Positions 29,772-38,169 of a stretch of 62,536 nt of DNA are shown here, one piece after another; position 1 is the first letter of the stretch; the number at the start of each line of letters is the position of its first letter. Location of the stretch: positions 1-62,536 of the forward strand of contig CAZRZO010000003.1 of assembly GCA_964604635.1 (NCBI GenBank), read 5' to 3'. Source of the stretch: Candidatus Micrarchaeota archaeon. GTDB lineage: Archaea > Micrarchaeota > Micrarchaeia > Micrarchaeales > Micrarchaeaceae. Both the position numbers and the translations under genes were made by a program. The notes under the pieces are model-generated. The model was not told the origin of the DNA and ran no database searches. It worked only from the letters and a program-made list of their open reading frames with translations.

Positions 29772-30521
29772 ATGGACATTTTAAAAATAAATAATATTAG
29801 TTTAATTACACAGAAGTATAATATTTTAGATAATGTGTCATTTTCATGTAAGTCTAATGAATTTATTTCAATAATAGGCCCTTCTGGATGTGGTAAAAGT
29901 ACATTACTAAGAATTATTGCTGGTTTAATTAAACCAACAACAGGAACATGTGTGTATAAAAATAGAATAATTAAAAAGCCAATTAATAATATTTCATTTG
30001 TATTTCAAGATTTTGCATTACTACCCTGGCTTACAAATATTGAGAATATAAAATTAGGTCTATCAAGATTTAATTTGGATGAAAAGCAAAAAAACAAAAA
30101 ATCAATTGATTTATTAACAAAGTTGCAATTGGAACATTTTGCTGATGTGTACCCAAATATTTTAAGTGGAGGTATGAAACAAAGAATAAGTATTGCAAGA
30201 GCATTAATTTCAAAACCAAATGTTTTATTAATGGATGAACCTTTTAGTGCTTTAGATCAATTGACTGCAGATACTCTCAGAACAGATGTTCTACATATGC
30301 TTAAACAAAAAAATATTTCTGTAAATTTAGTGATTTTAGTATCTCATAATGTTGAAGAAGTAGTTGCTCTTTCAAATAAGGTTATTATTCTATCAGATAA
30401 ACCAACAAAAATTAAAGAAATTCTTAAGATAGATTTAGATTATCCTAGAAATAAAAGAGATACTGACTTTTTAGATTATGTTGATAAGATTTATTCAATA
30501 CTAATGAATAATACCATTTAA
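29772..30521 (+). CDS. ABC transporter ATP-binding protein (NitT/TauT family)
   Basis: Walker A GPSGCGKST, signature LSGGMKQR, Walker B LLMDEPFSALD, H-loop SHN. The ATG at 29772 follows GTGAT; the track start at 29763 is the GTG of the SD. Confidence 0.9.
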   Translation: MDILKINNISLITQKYNILDNVSFSCKSNEFISIIGPSGCGKSTLLRIIAGLIKPTTGTCVYKNRIIKKPINNISFVFQDFALLPWLTNIENIKLGLSRFNLDEKQKNKKSIDLLTKLQLEHFADVYPNILSGGMKQRISIARALISKPNVLLMDEPFSALDQLTADTLRTDVLHMLKQKNISVNLVILVSHNVEEVVALSNKVIILSDKPTKIKEILKIDLDYPRNKRDTDFLDYVDKIYSILMNNTI

Positions 30522-30660
30522 AGTTAAATTTAGTTTTTATTAAGCTATTTTTAATTTAATCATTACTTTCAGTTAATTTCTATTGCTAAAGATAAGTAAT
30601 ATCATTTTAATATTTTAATTTTTAAGTGTAATATTTTATAATATCTTAATAATTAATTTA

Positions 30661-31170
30661 TTACTCTTTGATAATTACTTTATTTATTTCTTTTTTTGCG
30701 TCCTCTTTATTACCAAAACCAGTTATTTTAACCCATTTATTTGGTTCAAGTTCTTTATAATGCATAAAAAAATGAACTATTTTATCTTTTACTATTTCTA
30801 AAACATCATCAATATCATTTATATTTGAAAATAATGGATCTACTTTATTCTTTGGAATTCCAATTATTTTTTCATCTATACCATTTTCATCTTCCATATG
30901 TGCAATTCCAATTGGTTTTACTTCAATAAGGGATCCAGGCATAAAAGGTTGATTACTTATTATAAGAACATCTATTGGATCTCCATCTTCACTTTTTGTG
31001 TTTGGAATAAATCCATAATTAAATGGATAAACCATTGAAGTATATAAAATTCTATCAACTTTTAATATTTCTTGTTCTTCATCAAATTCATATTTTATAT
31101 TTGAACCTAATGATATTTCTACAAAAACATTTACAATATCTGGTGCATCTTTTCCATAATTTATTTTCAT
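30661..31170 (-). CDS. ppa: inorganic pyrophosphatase (family I)
   Basis: [32 protein letters not shown] motifs; 169 aa. Confidence 0.92.
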   Translation of the reverse strand: MKINYGKDAPDIVNVFVEISLGSNIKYEFDEEQEILKVDRILYTSMVYPFNYGFIPNTKSEDGDPIDVLIISNQPFMPGSLIEVKPIGIAHMEDENGIDEKIIGIPKNKVDPLFSNINDIDDVLEIVKDKIVHFFMHYKELEPNKWVKITGFGNKEDAKKEINKVIIKE

Positions 31171-31266
31171 AAAATCTCATTTTTTATATTTTTTAAATAA
31201 AAGTAATAATTTAATTATTGTACTAAATATTTATATTTAATTTGATTAAATAATATTAATTAAATT

Positions 31267-31378
31267 GCCAGGATGGCGGAGTCCGGTAACGCGCGCGCCT
31301 GGAAAAAATCCTGATAGCGCGTGACTATTGTAGTCGTTTGGGTTCAAATGTTTTATACTGAAAATCCCAATCCTGGCG
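31267..31378 (+). tRNA. tRNA-Ser (GGA), class II, with two introns (11 nt at 37/38 and 16 nt inside the T-loop)
   Basis: Acceptor GCCAGGA/TCCTGGC. Anticodon stem CGCGC/GCGCG encloses CTGGAA[AAAATCCTGAT]A, and the intron TCC pairs with anticodon GGA. Long variable arm GACTAttgTAGTC. The T stem TTGGG/CCCAA encloses 23 nt instead of 7. Confidence 0.75.
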
Positions 31379-31390
31379 CTTAAATATATT

Positions 31391-32062
31391 GTGATCTATT
31401 TGAATATTAAAGAAGATTTTATATTGGCTTTAAAAAATCCAAAAGAAGCAATAAAAGCTATAAAAGAAGTACGATATAGAGTAAAAATTTATTCACATTT
31501 TCAAGAAATCTTTTTTGATCAAAGTTATTTTTGGTTATATTCTCAAATAAAACCAAATACAATACTTTTAGATATTGGTGCTTTTATAGGTGATACAGTA
31601 GTATATTTTGCAATGCACCCAAATGTTAAAAAAATAATTGCTTTTGAGCCTCATGAAAAAACATTTAAAATTTTAAAAGAGAATATAGATAAATTACCAT
31701 TAGTTATTAAACAAAAAATAAAACTTGAAAATAAAGCAATTACAAATAAAAAAGGTTTTGTGGGATTAAGTAAAAAAGATATAACTGGATTTAATAAAGT
31801 TTGTATTGGTAATAAAATAATTACAACAAGTCTTAATAGTGAATTGAAAAAACTTTCTACTTTTAATTCTCATATAGTAATTAAATGTGATACAGAAGGT
31901 TCTGAATATAATATATTTCTTAATTCTAGTCTAAAAAATGTATATGCATTACAAATTGAATTTCATAAAGGCTATAAAAATTTAGTTAAAAAATTCAATA
32001 AATGTAAATTTAATGTTAAATTTATAGGAGAAGAATTAGGTTATTTGTATGTTAAAAAATAA
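31391..32062 (+). CDS. FkbM family methyltransferase
   Basis: LDIGAFIGDTVVYFA, AFEPHEKTFKIL, NKKG, IKCDTEGSEYNIF motifs. The start may be the TTG at 31400, after GTGAT. Confidence 0.7.
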   Translation: MIYLNIKEDFILALKNPKEAIKAIKEVRYRVKIYSHFQEIFFDQSYFWLYSQIKPNTILLDIGAFIGDTVVYFAMHPNVKKIIAFEPHEKTFKILKENIDKLPLVIKQKIKLENKAITNKKGFVGLSKKDITGFNKVCIGNKIITTSLNSELKKLSTFNSHIVIKCDTEGSEYNIFLNSSLKNVYALQIEFHKGYKNLVKKFNKCKFNVKFIGEELGYLYVKK

Positions 32063-32122
32063 TTTTATTAATTTAATATAAATAATAAATAATAATAAAT
32101 ATATTTAATTAATATTTTAAAT

Positions 32123-32920
32123 ATGGAAAAATTATTATTTAAAAAATCTGAATTAAAAAAATATAAAATAGAATTAGCTGATGCTCATTGCCATTTAAAT
32201 CTTTTAGAGAATAATAATTTTAAAGAATTTATTTCCTATGGTATTTTAACATTAATAACAAATGGTATTGATACTAAGTCAAATATTCAAACATTAGATT
32301 TAAGTGATAATAAACACATTTTTCCAGCATTAGGAATAGATCCATTAACTGCATTAACAATCAATAATACTGAATTAGATTTTAATATTAAATTAATAAA
32401 GGAAAATGCAAATAAAATAGTTAGTATTGGTGAAATAGGTTTAGATTTTAAAATAGCTGAAACAAATGAAGCAAAAAACAAACAAAAACAAGTATTTGAG
32501 AAAATGCTTAATCTGGCTAATAAATTAAATTTGCCTGTTTCAATTCATTCTCGAAATTCAATTGATGAAGTAATTAAAATATTAAAATATAAAAAACTTA
32601 AAAAAGTTCATTTCCATTTTTTTGAAGGTGATTTAAACCATTTAAATTATATAATTCAAAATAATTATTTAATTTCAATACCACCATTAATTTCAAGTAA
32701 AAAAATCAAAATTATAAAATCAATTCCAATACAAAACTTAATGGTTGAAAGTGATGCACCTGTAGCTGGTATTACACCAATAGATATAGAAAGAACAATA
32801 AAAAAGATAGCAGAGATAAAAATACTTGAATTTGAAAAAACAGCAGAAATAATTACAAATACTACAAAAATGTTTTTTAATATTAAAAATAAAATCAATT
32901 TAAATATTATGCGTAAATAA
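32123..32920 (+). CDS. tatD: TatD family metal-dependent hydrolase
   Basis: ADAHCHL, IGEIGLD, SIHSR, HFHFF, VESDAP motif series. Confidence 0.88.
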   Translation: MEKLLFKKSELKKYKIELADAHCHLNLLENNNFKEFISYGILTLITNGIDTKSNIQTLDLSDNKHIFPALGIDPLTALTINNTELDFNIKLIKENANKIVSIGEIGLDFKIAETNEAKNKQKQVFEKMLNLANKLNLPVSIHSRNSIDEVIKILKYKKLKKVHFHFFEGDLNHLNYIIQNNYLISIPPLISSKKIKIIKSIPIQNLMVESDAPVAGITPIDIERTIKKIAEIKILEFEKTAEIITNTTKMFFNIKNKINLNIMRK

Positions 32921-32934
32921 TAATATATTAATAA

Positions 32935-33058
32935 GGGCTCGTAGCTCAGCTTGGATAGAGCAATAGCCTTCTAAGCTAAAGGTCGCGGGTTCAAAATAAA
33001 TTTTTAAGAAATTCAATACCAATAACTTAAAAATTAAATGAAAATCCCGCCGAGCCCG
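32935..33058 (+). tRNA. tRNA-Arg (UCU) with 49-nt intron inside the T-loop
   Basis: Acceptor GGGCTCG/CGAGCCC, D arm GCTCAGCTTGGATAGAGC, anticodon loop CTTCTAA. The T stem GCGGG/CCCGC encloses 56 nt that begin TTCAAA and end TGAAAAT. Confidence 0.8.
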
Positions 33059-33120
33059 TTTATTTTTATATAAATTATTAATTAATATTAATATTAATAA
33101 TTTTTTCGTTCTATAATACT

Positions 33121-33180
33121 ATTTATATGATGAGATTTTTATTCTGATTTTAGTGATGATGATCTTGAGTGCTGATAAAT
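33121..33180 (+). ncRNA. candidate C/D-box sRNA overlapping the 5' end of the histone-fold gene
   Basis: ATTTA stem - ATGATGA (C, 33127-33133) - 10 nt - CTGA (D', 33144-33147) - 6 nt - TGATGA (C', 33154-33159) - 12 nt - CTGA (D, 33172-33175) - TAAAT stem. Confidence 0.3.
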
Positions 33181-33392
33181 TACAAATAATATCAAAAGTG
33201 TCAATAAAAAAACTATTGAAAAATAAAAAAGACATAGTCTTAAGTGATAAAGCAATAGATGAAATTATTAAGATACTAGAAAATAAAGCAAAAACTATTT
33301 CAAAATATGCTGTTAATAGGGCTAAAATAAAAAATAGAACAATGATATTGAAAGAGGATATTGAGTCTTATTTACTCGAAGTTGGTGATTAA
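33153..33392 (+). CDS. histone-fold protein (archaeal histone-like)
   Basis: About 75 aa. VLSDKAIDEIIKILENKAKTISKYAVNRAKIKNRTMILKEDIESY fits the helix-loop-helix-loop-helix pattern of archaeal histones. The start is ambiguous (GTG 33153, ATG 33156/33159, TTG 33165). Confidence 0.55.
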   Translation: MMMILSADKLQIISKVSIKKLLKNKKDIVLSDKAIDEIIKILENKAKTISKYAVNRAKIKNRTMILKEDIESYLLEVGD

Positions 33393-33914
33393 ATTAAATT
33401 AGCAATAGCTAAATTAGAAGATAAATTCAGAGTTGATTATATTGAAAACAATATTGAAAAAACCAAAATATTTAAAAAAGTAGATAACAATGGTCTTGAA
33501 ATAACATTTGACAATGAAGGTGGGGTTTTAGATATACATTTTTTTAGTAATCAAACAATTGAATCAATATTTAAAAGATTTTTAAATACTTTTGATACAG
33601 AAGAACTAGAACAAATTAAAAAAGATTATAAAGAATTAAAATTAGAAAAACACTGCCCTAAATGTAATTCAAGATCTCTAAAAATAAAAAAGAATCAAAT
33701 CAAAATAGTTCCAATTTATGAATGTAAAGAATGCAATGAAATAAGCTATTATTTAACTACTAATTATCTTAAATTTCTTGTTTACACAAATAAAAATTTA
33801 TTTGAAGATAATGAATTACAAGAGTTAGAATGCAATGAACAAAAATTTATTAATGAATTAAAAGAATATATATCAAGAATATTCGCTACTAAAAAAATAA
33901 GCAGAATAAAATAA
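33393..33914 (+). CDS. zinc-ribbon protein (173 codons) lacking any ATG/GTG/TTG start; proposed ATT start
   Basis: Absent from the ORF track. A 173-codon open frame in about 75 percent AT DNA, with CPKC..(17 aa)..CKEC. It is preceded by GGTGAT (33384-33389), then the TAA stop of the upstream gene as a 3-nt spacer, then ATT. Confidence 0.6.
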   Translation: MKLAIAKLEDKFRVDYIENNIEKTKIFKKVDNNGLEITFDNEGGVLDIHFFSNQTIESIFKRFLNTFDTEELEQIKKDYKELKLEKHCPKCNSRSLKIKKNQIKIVPIYECKECNEISYYLTTNYLKFLVYTNKNLFEDNELQELECNEQKFINELKEYISRIFATKKISRIK

Positions 33915-34017
33915 ATACAAATATATTAATTTAAAAGATAAAAATTATATTAAATTGATAAATATTTAAATTTAATTATTTAGATATTATATATAATTTA
34001 AATTTATAGGCGTTATT

Positions 34018-34260
34018 ATGACGATATTATTATCTAATTTATATGGAAAAGAAATTATAACAACAGCTGGTAAAAAATTAGGCAAAGTTGAAGATTTAAT
34101 TCTTGATTTTGAACAAGGAACAGTGCATAGTTTATTGTTAATAAAAATAGATAATATAATAAAAAGTACTAAAACTTCTAATATAATATCTAAAAATAGT
34201 GTACAATATACACGAGTAAAGAATATTTCAGAAACAATTATTGTGACTGCAAATAGATAA
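34018..34260 (+). CDS. PRC-barrel domain protein
   Basis: LYGKEIITTAGKKLGKVEDLILDFEQGTVHSLLL is a typical PRC-barrel start; 80 aa. Confidence 0.65.
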   Translation: MTILLSNLYGKEIITTAGKKLGKVEDLILDFEQGTVHSLLLIKIDNIIKSTKTSNIISKNSVQYTRVKNISETIIVTANR

Positions 34261-34303
34261 TTATTACTTTGTAATTTTATTTCTAAAACTCTATTGATTG
34301 TTG

Positions 34304-35719
34304 CTAATTTAGTGTTCTATCAATATATTTTAAAGTATCTGTTGTTCCAAATTTATTTGGTGTTCCTGATAAAATTATAAATTTATTTATTTTATTTTTA
34401 ATTGCAATTTCATTCACATTTTTTATCATTTGGTCTATTGTACTGTATTTTTTTATTGGGTATGATCTAATTCCATATACTATTGCCATTTTATTTCTTA
34501 TTTTTTTAGAATTTGTTAAAGCAATAATGTCTAAAGAAGGTTTTAAAGAAGCTACTATTTTTGCTGTTGTACTTGTTTGAGTTGGTATAAATACACAATC
34601 TGTTTTAAAATTATATGCGAGATTAATTGCTGCAAAACCAAGTGCTTGATTTATTTTATTAATTTTAAAATTATTTTCATTTATTCTATTAATCCTATTC
34701 TCAGTTTTAATGAAATTTTCAGTACTTTCAATTATCTCTGTTAATACTTTCAATGTTTCTATTGGATATTGTCCAACAGCTGTTTCATTGCTTAATAATA
34801 CACAATCTGATTTATCAAGAATATTATTTGCTATATCATTTGCTTCTGCTCTAGTTGGAAAAGAATTATTAACCATACTACTTAATAACTGTGTTGCAAT
34901 TATAATTGGTTTTTGATAGTCATGGCATTTTTTAATAAGATACTGTTGAACGATTGGTAATTTTGCAATACCAACATGTAATCCAAGGTCACCTCTTGCA
35001 ACCATTATTCCATCAGATTTATCTATAATTCCATCAATATTACTTACTGCTTTTTTTGTTTCTATTTTAGAAATAATTTCAATGTCTTTTGTTATTTTTC
35101 TAATTTTATCAATATTACCCCCTGATTTTACAAATGAAATTGCAATAAAATCAAAATTATTTTTAACAGCAAATTTTAAAAAGTCCAAATCTTTTTCAGT
35201 TGGTGGTTCTAAACTAACTTCAGAACCAAATACACTAATTCCTTTTCCTATTTTTATTTTATTATCTCCAAGTGATTCTGCAATTATTTTCTTATTAAAA
35301 ATATCTTTAACTAAAAATTTTAATTCGCCATCACCATAAAATATTATATCATTTTTTTTAATATCTTTAAAAAGATTATAATCTAAATAAATATTTTTTT
35401 CCTTCAAATTATTTCTTTCTTTTTGGTATCCTTTATAAACTATATTTATTAAGTCTCCTTTTTTTACATTATCTACATTTTCTAATTCTTTAATTCTTAT
35501 TTTTGGACCTGCCAAATCTCCTAAAATTGCAACTTCTTTTTTTAATTCTTTTGAAAATTTATTTATTTTATCAATAGTTTCAATTACTTCTGATTTAAGA
35601 GCATGCGAAAAATTAAATCTTATTACATCTGCGTATTTAATAGCATTTTTTAATACTGCGTTAGATTTTAGTGCTGGTCCATTTGTCACAATTATTTTTG
35701 TTTTAATCATTATTATCAC
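34304..35719 (-). CDS. pyk: pyruvate kinase
   Basis: KIIVTNGPA, NFSHA, GDLAGPKIR, MVARGDLG, ATQLLSSM, ANDIANNILDKSDCVLLSNETAVGQYP motifs. Confidence 0.92.
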   Translation of the reverse strand: MIIMIKTKIIVTNGPALKSNAVLKNAIKYADVIRFNFSHALKSEVIETIDKINKFSKELKKEVAILGDLAGPKIRIKELENVDNVKKGDLINIVYKGYQKERNNLKEKNIYLDYNLFKDIKKNDIIFYGDGELKFLVKDIFNKKIIAESLGDNKIKIGKGISVFGSEVSLEPPTEKDLDFLKFAVKNNFDFIAISFVKSGGNIDKIRKITKDIEIISKIETKKAVSNIDGIIDKSDGIMVARGDLGLHVGIAKLPIVQQYLIKKCHDYQKPIIIATQLLSSMVNNSFPTRAEANDIANNILDKSDCVLLSNETAVGQYPIETLKVLTEIIESTENFIKTENRINRINENNFKINKINQALGFAAINLAYNFKTDCVFIPTQTSTTAKIVASLKPSLDIIALTNSKKIRNKMAIVYGIRSYPIKKYSTIDQMIKNVNEIAIKNKINKFIILSGTPNKFGTTDTLKYIDRTLN

Positions 35720-35825
35720 ATTGTTTATTTTTTTATTGATTTAATAATAAAAAGTTTGTTAATATTAATTATTTTAAATAATAAATAAATTTAATATAAT
35801 ACTTAATAAAATAGCAGGTGTAAAT

Positions 35826-37061
35826 TTGAATAATAAATTATCTAATAAAATTAATGATTTAGATATTAAAAGATCTAATAGTATTTATAAAAATATGAAA
35901 AATCATAATCTTTTATCTTATTATTATAAATTAAAAATAATTAAAAATATCAAGAAATTAGAAATTTCTGGGTCTTCACCTACTGATATTTTTATTGGAA
36001 ATTTTGGATATCCAAAAGTATATATTGGTCCTTTAATACCCCTAGAATTTAATAATACTTCTATTCTTGGAAAGCCAGAATTATGGAAAAACATGTCTAT
36101 TGAAAAAATAATAAATATGCGTTCAAAACTTATAAGAGGAACATATATTTCAAATGTTCATGATGTTGAGAAAGGAAAAATTCAAGAACAAGTAAGGGAT
36201 TTAGCCCTTGCTGCAAAACCAATAATAACTGAAATGTCTTTTTTAAAAAAATTAACAATAAAAATGGAATTTGATGATCAAGTTCAACCTTTTGGACCTA
36301 CTACTGAAATAAAAAAGATTAATTTATCAAATTCAAGAGTTGAAAAGAGAATAGAAAATATGTATACTGATACTGATGCAAATGCAAATACTGCAATTAT
36401 TGAATTATATAAAAATCAAATTCTAGTTTCAAAAATTCAACAAGCATTATCTGCTGGTTTACTTGGATTAAGAAATAAAAGAAAATTTGTTCCAACTAAG
36501 TGGAGTATTATTGCTGTTGATGATATTATTTCAAAATATACTAGAGAAAAAATAAAAGAGAATGATGTAATTGATGCAATATATGCATATCATAGTATTG
36601 CACTTGATAATCATTGGTTAGTTTTTTTTATACCTGGAAATTGGCAGTATGAATCAATAGAATCATGGTATCCAGATACAACATGGAATAAAACCAATTC
36701 AATTTCAATATATTCATCATATGAAAGTTTTAAAGGGAGATCAACTTATGCAGAAATAAGTGGTGCTTATTATGCTGCTAGATTAGCAGTAGTAGAAAAA
36801 TTAAATAAGATTAAAAAGCAAGCAATTGTTCTAATTTTGAGAGAAGTGCATGAGGGTTATTCAGTACCTGTTGGTGTTTGGAATGTACGAGAGCATTTAA
36901 GGCAAGCACTAGAACAAGAACCAGTAGTATTGAATAATATTAATGAACTCCATTCTTTTATTACTAAATATTTCAATGTTCCTTTAAAAAATTGGATAGA
37001 AAATAGCAAGGTATTAAAAGACCTTACAACACAAAGGAGAATAAATGATTATATAACATAA
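35826..37061 (+). CDS. nreA: NreA-like archaeal DNA repair protein (DUF650/DUF651)
   Basis: SSPTDIFIGNFGYPKVYIGP (DUF650-like), WSIIAVDD and VPVGVWNVRE (DUF651-like). The C-terminal QRRINDYI resembles a PIP box. Assigned by recall. Confidence 0.5.
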   Translation: MNNKLSNKINDLDIKRSNSIYKNMKNHNLLSYYYKLKIIKNIKKLEISGSSPTDIFIGNFGYPKVYIGPLIPLEFNNTSILGKPELWKNMSIEKIINMRSKLIRGTYISNVHDVEKGKIQEQVRDLALAAKPIITEMSFLKKLTIKMEFDDQVQPFGPTTEIKKINLSNSRVEKRIENMYTDTDANANTAIIELYKNQILVSKIQQALSAGLLGLRNKRKFVPTKWSIIAVDDIISKYTREKIKENDVIDAIYAYHSIALDNHWLVFFIPGNWQYESIESWYPDTTWNKTNSISIYSSYESFKGRSTYAEISGAYYAARLAVVEKLNKIKKQAIVLILREVHEGYSVPVGVWNVREHLRQALEQEPVVLNNINELHSFITKYFNVPLKNWIENSKVLKDLTTQRRINDYIT

Positions 37062-37067
37062 AAAAAA

Positions 37068-37640
37068 TTAATGTTTAATATTTATTTTATTTACTGCGTA
37101 TTTTAATAAATTCATTGTTTCTTTTGGTGCACCATTCACATAAACTATTTTTCCATTTGTATTTATTAAATAATACAAATCAAGATATGCTTTAGCATCA
37201 TAAAGTTTAGTCATATTATAAGTAGCATAACCTCTTATTATTCTATTTCTTTCTGAAATATTATTTACATTTGTATTTATAAATTTATTTATATTAGGTC
37301 CATGATATCCAAGATCTTTGTAAAGTTCAAGTTCAATTATTGTTACATTGTTATTAGAAAAAAAATCAATATTTTTTGCTAAAGCTCGTGTACCAACAAT
37401 ACATGAACTACACCATGTTGCTACTAAGTATATTAATACTATATGGCCTCTATAATCCGAAATTTTTTGCATTGTTCCATTAATTAATAAAAAAGATGTA
37501 TTAGGTGCTGTAGTTCCTATTCTTAAAAGTTCTGGGGTGTTTTTTGAAGATTGACTTAAATTATTTAAATAGAAAGTAATGACTATTATTATTATTATTA
37601 TTATTATTGCAAGTCCAATATAATTATATTTTTTATTCAT
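37068..37640 (-). CDS. membrane-anchored thioredoxin-fold protein (TlpA/ResA-like, WCSSC)
   Basis: N-terminal TM (YIGLAIIIIIIIIVITFYL), then G.TAPNTSF..G....SDYRGHIVLIYLVATWCSSC. 4-nt overlap with the upstream gene. Confidence 0.6.
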   Translation of the reverse strand: MNKKYNYIGLAIIIIIIIIVITFYLNNLSQSSKNTPELLRIGTTAPNTSFLLINGTMQKISDYRGHIVLIYLVATWCSSCIVGTRALAKNIDFFSNNNVTIIELELYKDLGYHGPNINKFINTNVNNISERNRIIRGYATYNMTKLYDAKAYLDLYYLINTNGKIVYVNGAPKETMNLLKYAVNKINIKH

Positions 37641-38167
37641 TTACTCATTTTTTTGTTTTTACAATTTACTATTAAAACTTTTTTTGATATACTTGATAGA
37701 CTTATTCCAATTATAAATAAAGATATTAATATAAAAAATATCCAAGTATCAGAGAAGAAACCCTGAATTTTTCCAGTTAAATTAAATAATAAGCCTGTTG
37801 AAACACCAAGTGTTGATAATATAAATGGTATTATTGGCGTACAACAAAGTAATTGACTAGAAGTAGCAGTAAATAAACTAATAATACTAAGATTTTTATC
37901 TCTTTTTTTTAAACTAAAATTTCTTTTGGCTATGTAAATATACATTGAAGTACTTATTGAAAATAATATACTTAAACTAAATATACCTATTATTTCTACT
38001 GTTTCACCAAATTGAATAGATCCAAAAAGAATAAAACTTTGATTAGATATATACAAAATATAAAAATAAGAAATACTTATAATTAATATAAGACCTATTA
38101 AAAGTATTATATATTTTGGATTTTTAAATACAATTTTTAAAGATTTTAGGAATTTTGTTAAAAACAT
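37637..38167 (-). CDS. 4-TM membrane protein with vicinal-Cys motif LLCCTPIIPFILSTLG (MerT/MerF-like Hg(II) transporter candidate)
   Basis: The CC-TP motif at the start of a TM helix resembles the MerF/MerT CC(F)TP..LG motif. The ATG at 38167 lies 2 nt after the merA stop. The track start at 38185 is a TTG inside merA. Confidence 0.45.
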   Translation of the reverse strand: MFLTKFLKSLKIVFKNPKYIILLIGLILIISISYFYILYISNQSFILFGSIQFGETVEIIGIFSLSILFSISTSMYIYIAKRNFSLKKRDKNLSIISLFTATSSQLLCCTPIIPFILSTLGVSTGLLFNLTGKIQGFFSDTWIFFILISLFIIGISLSSISKKVLIVNCKNKKMSK

Positions 38168-38169
38168 GT

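Noticed and set aside
31299-31316. Alternative reading of the tRNA-Ser anticodon region as UGA (loop CCTGATA / CTTGATA)
   Set aside because: It would place C at position 33 or a pyrimidine at position 37. The GGA reading gives the canonical C32-T33...A37 loop, and its intron base-pairs with the anticodon.
33390-33392. In-frame TAA between the histone-fold ORF and the zinc-ribbon ORF as evidence of stop-codon reassignment or programmed readthrough
   Set aside because: TAA, TAG and TGA all terminate well-defined conserved genes at expected lengths throughout the window, so there is no sign of an altered code. The GGTGAT-TAA-ATT geometry explains the junction as coupled re-initiation. A sequencing error creating the stop cannot be excluded and is listed as a refuting test.
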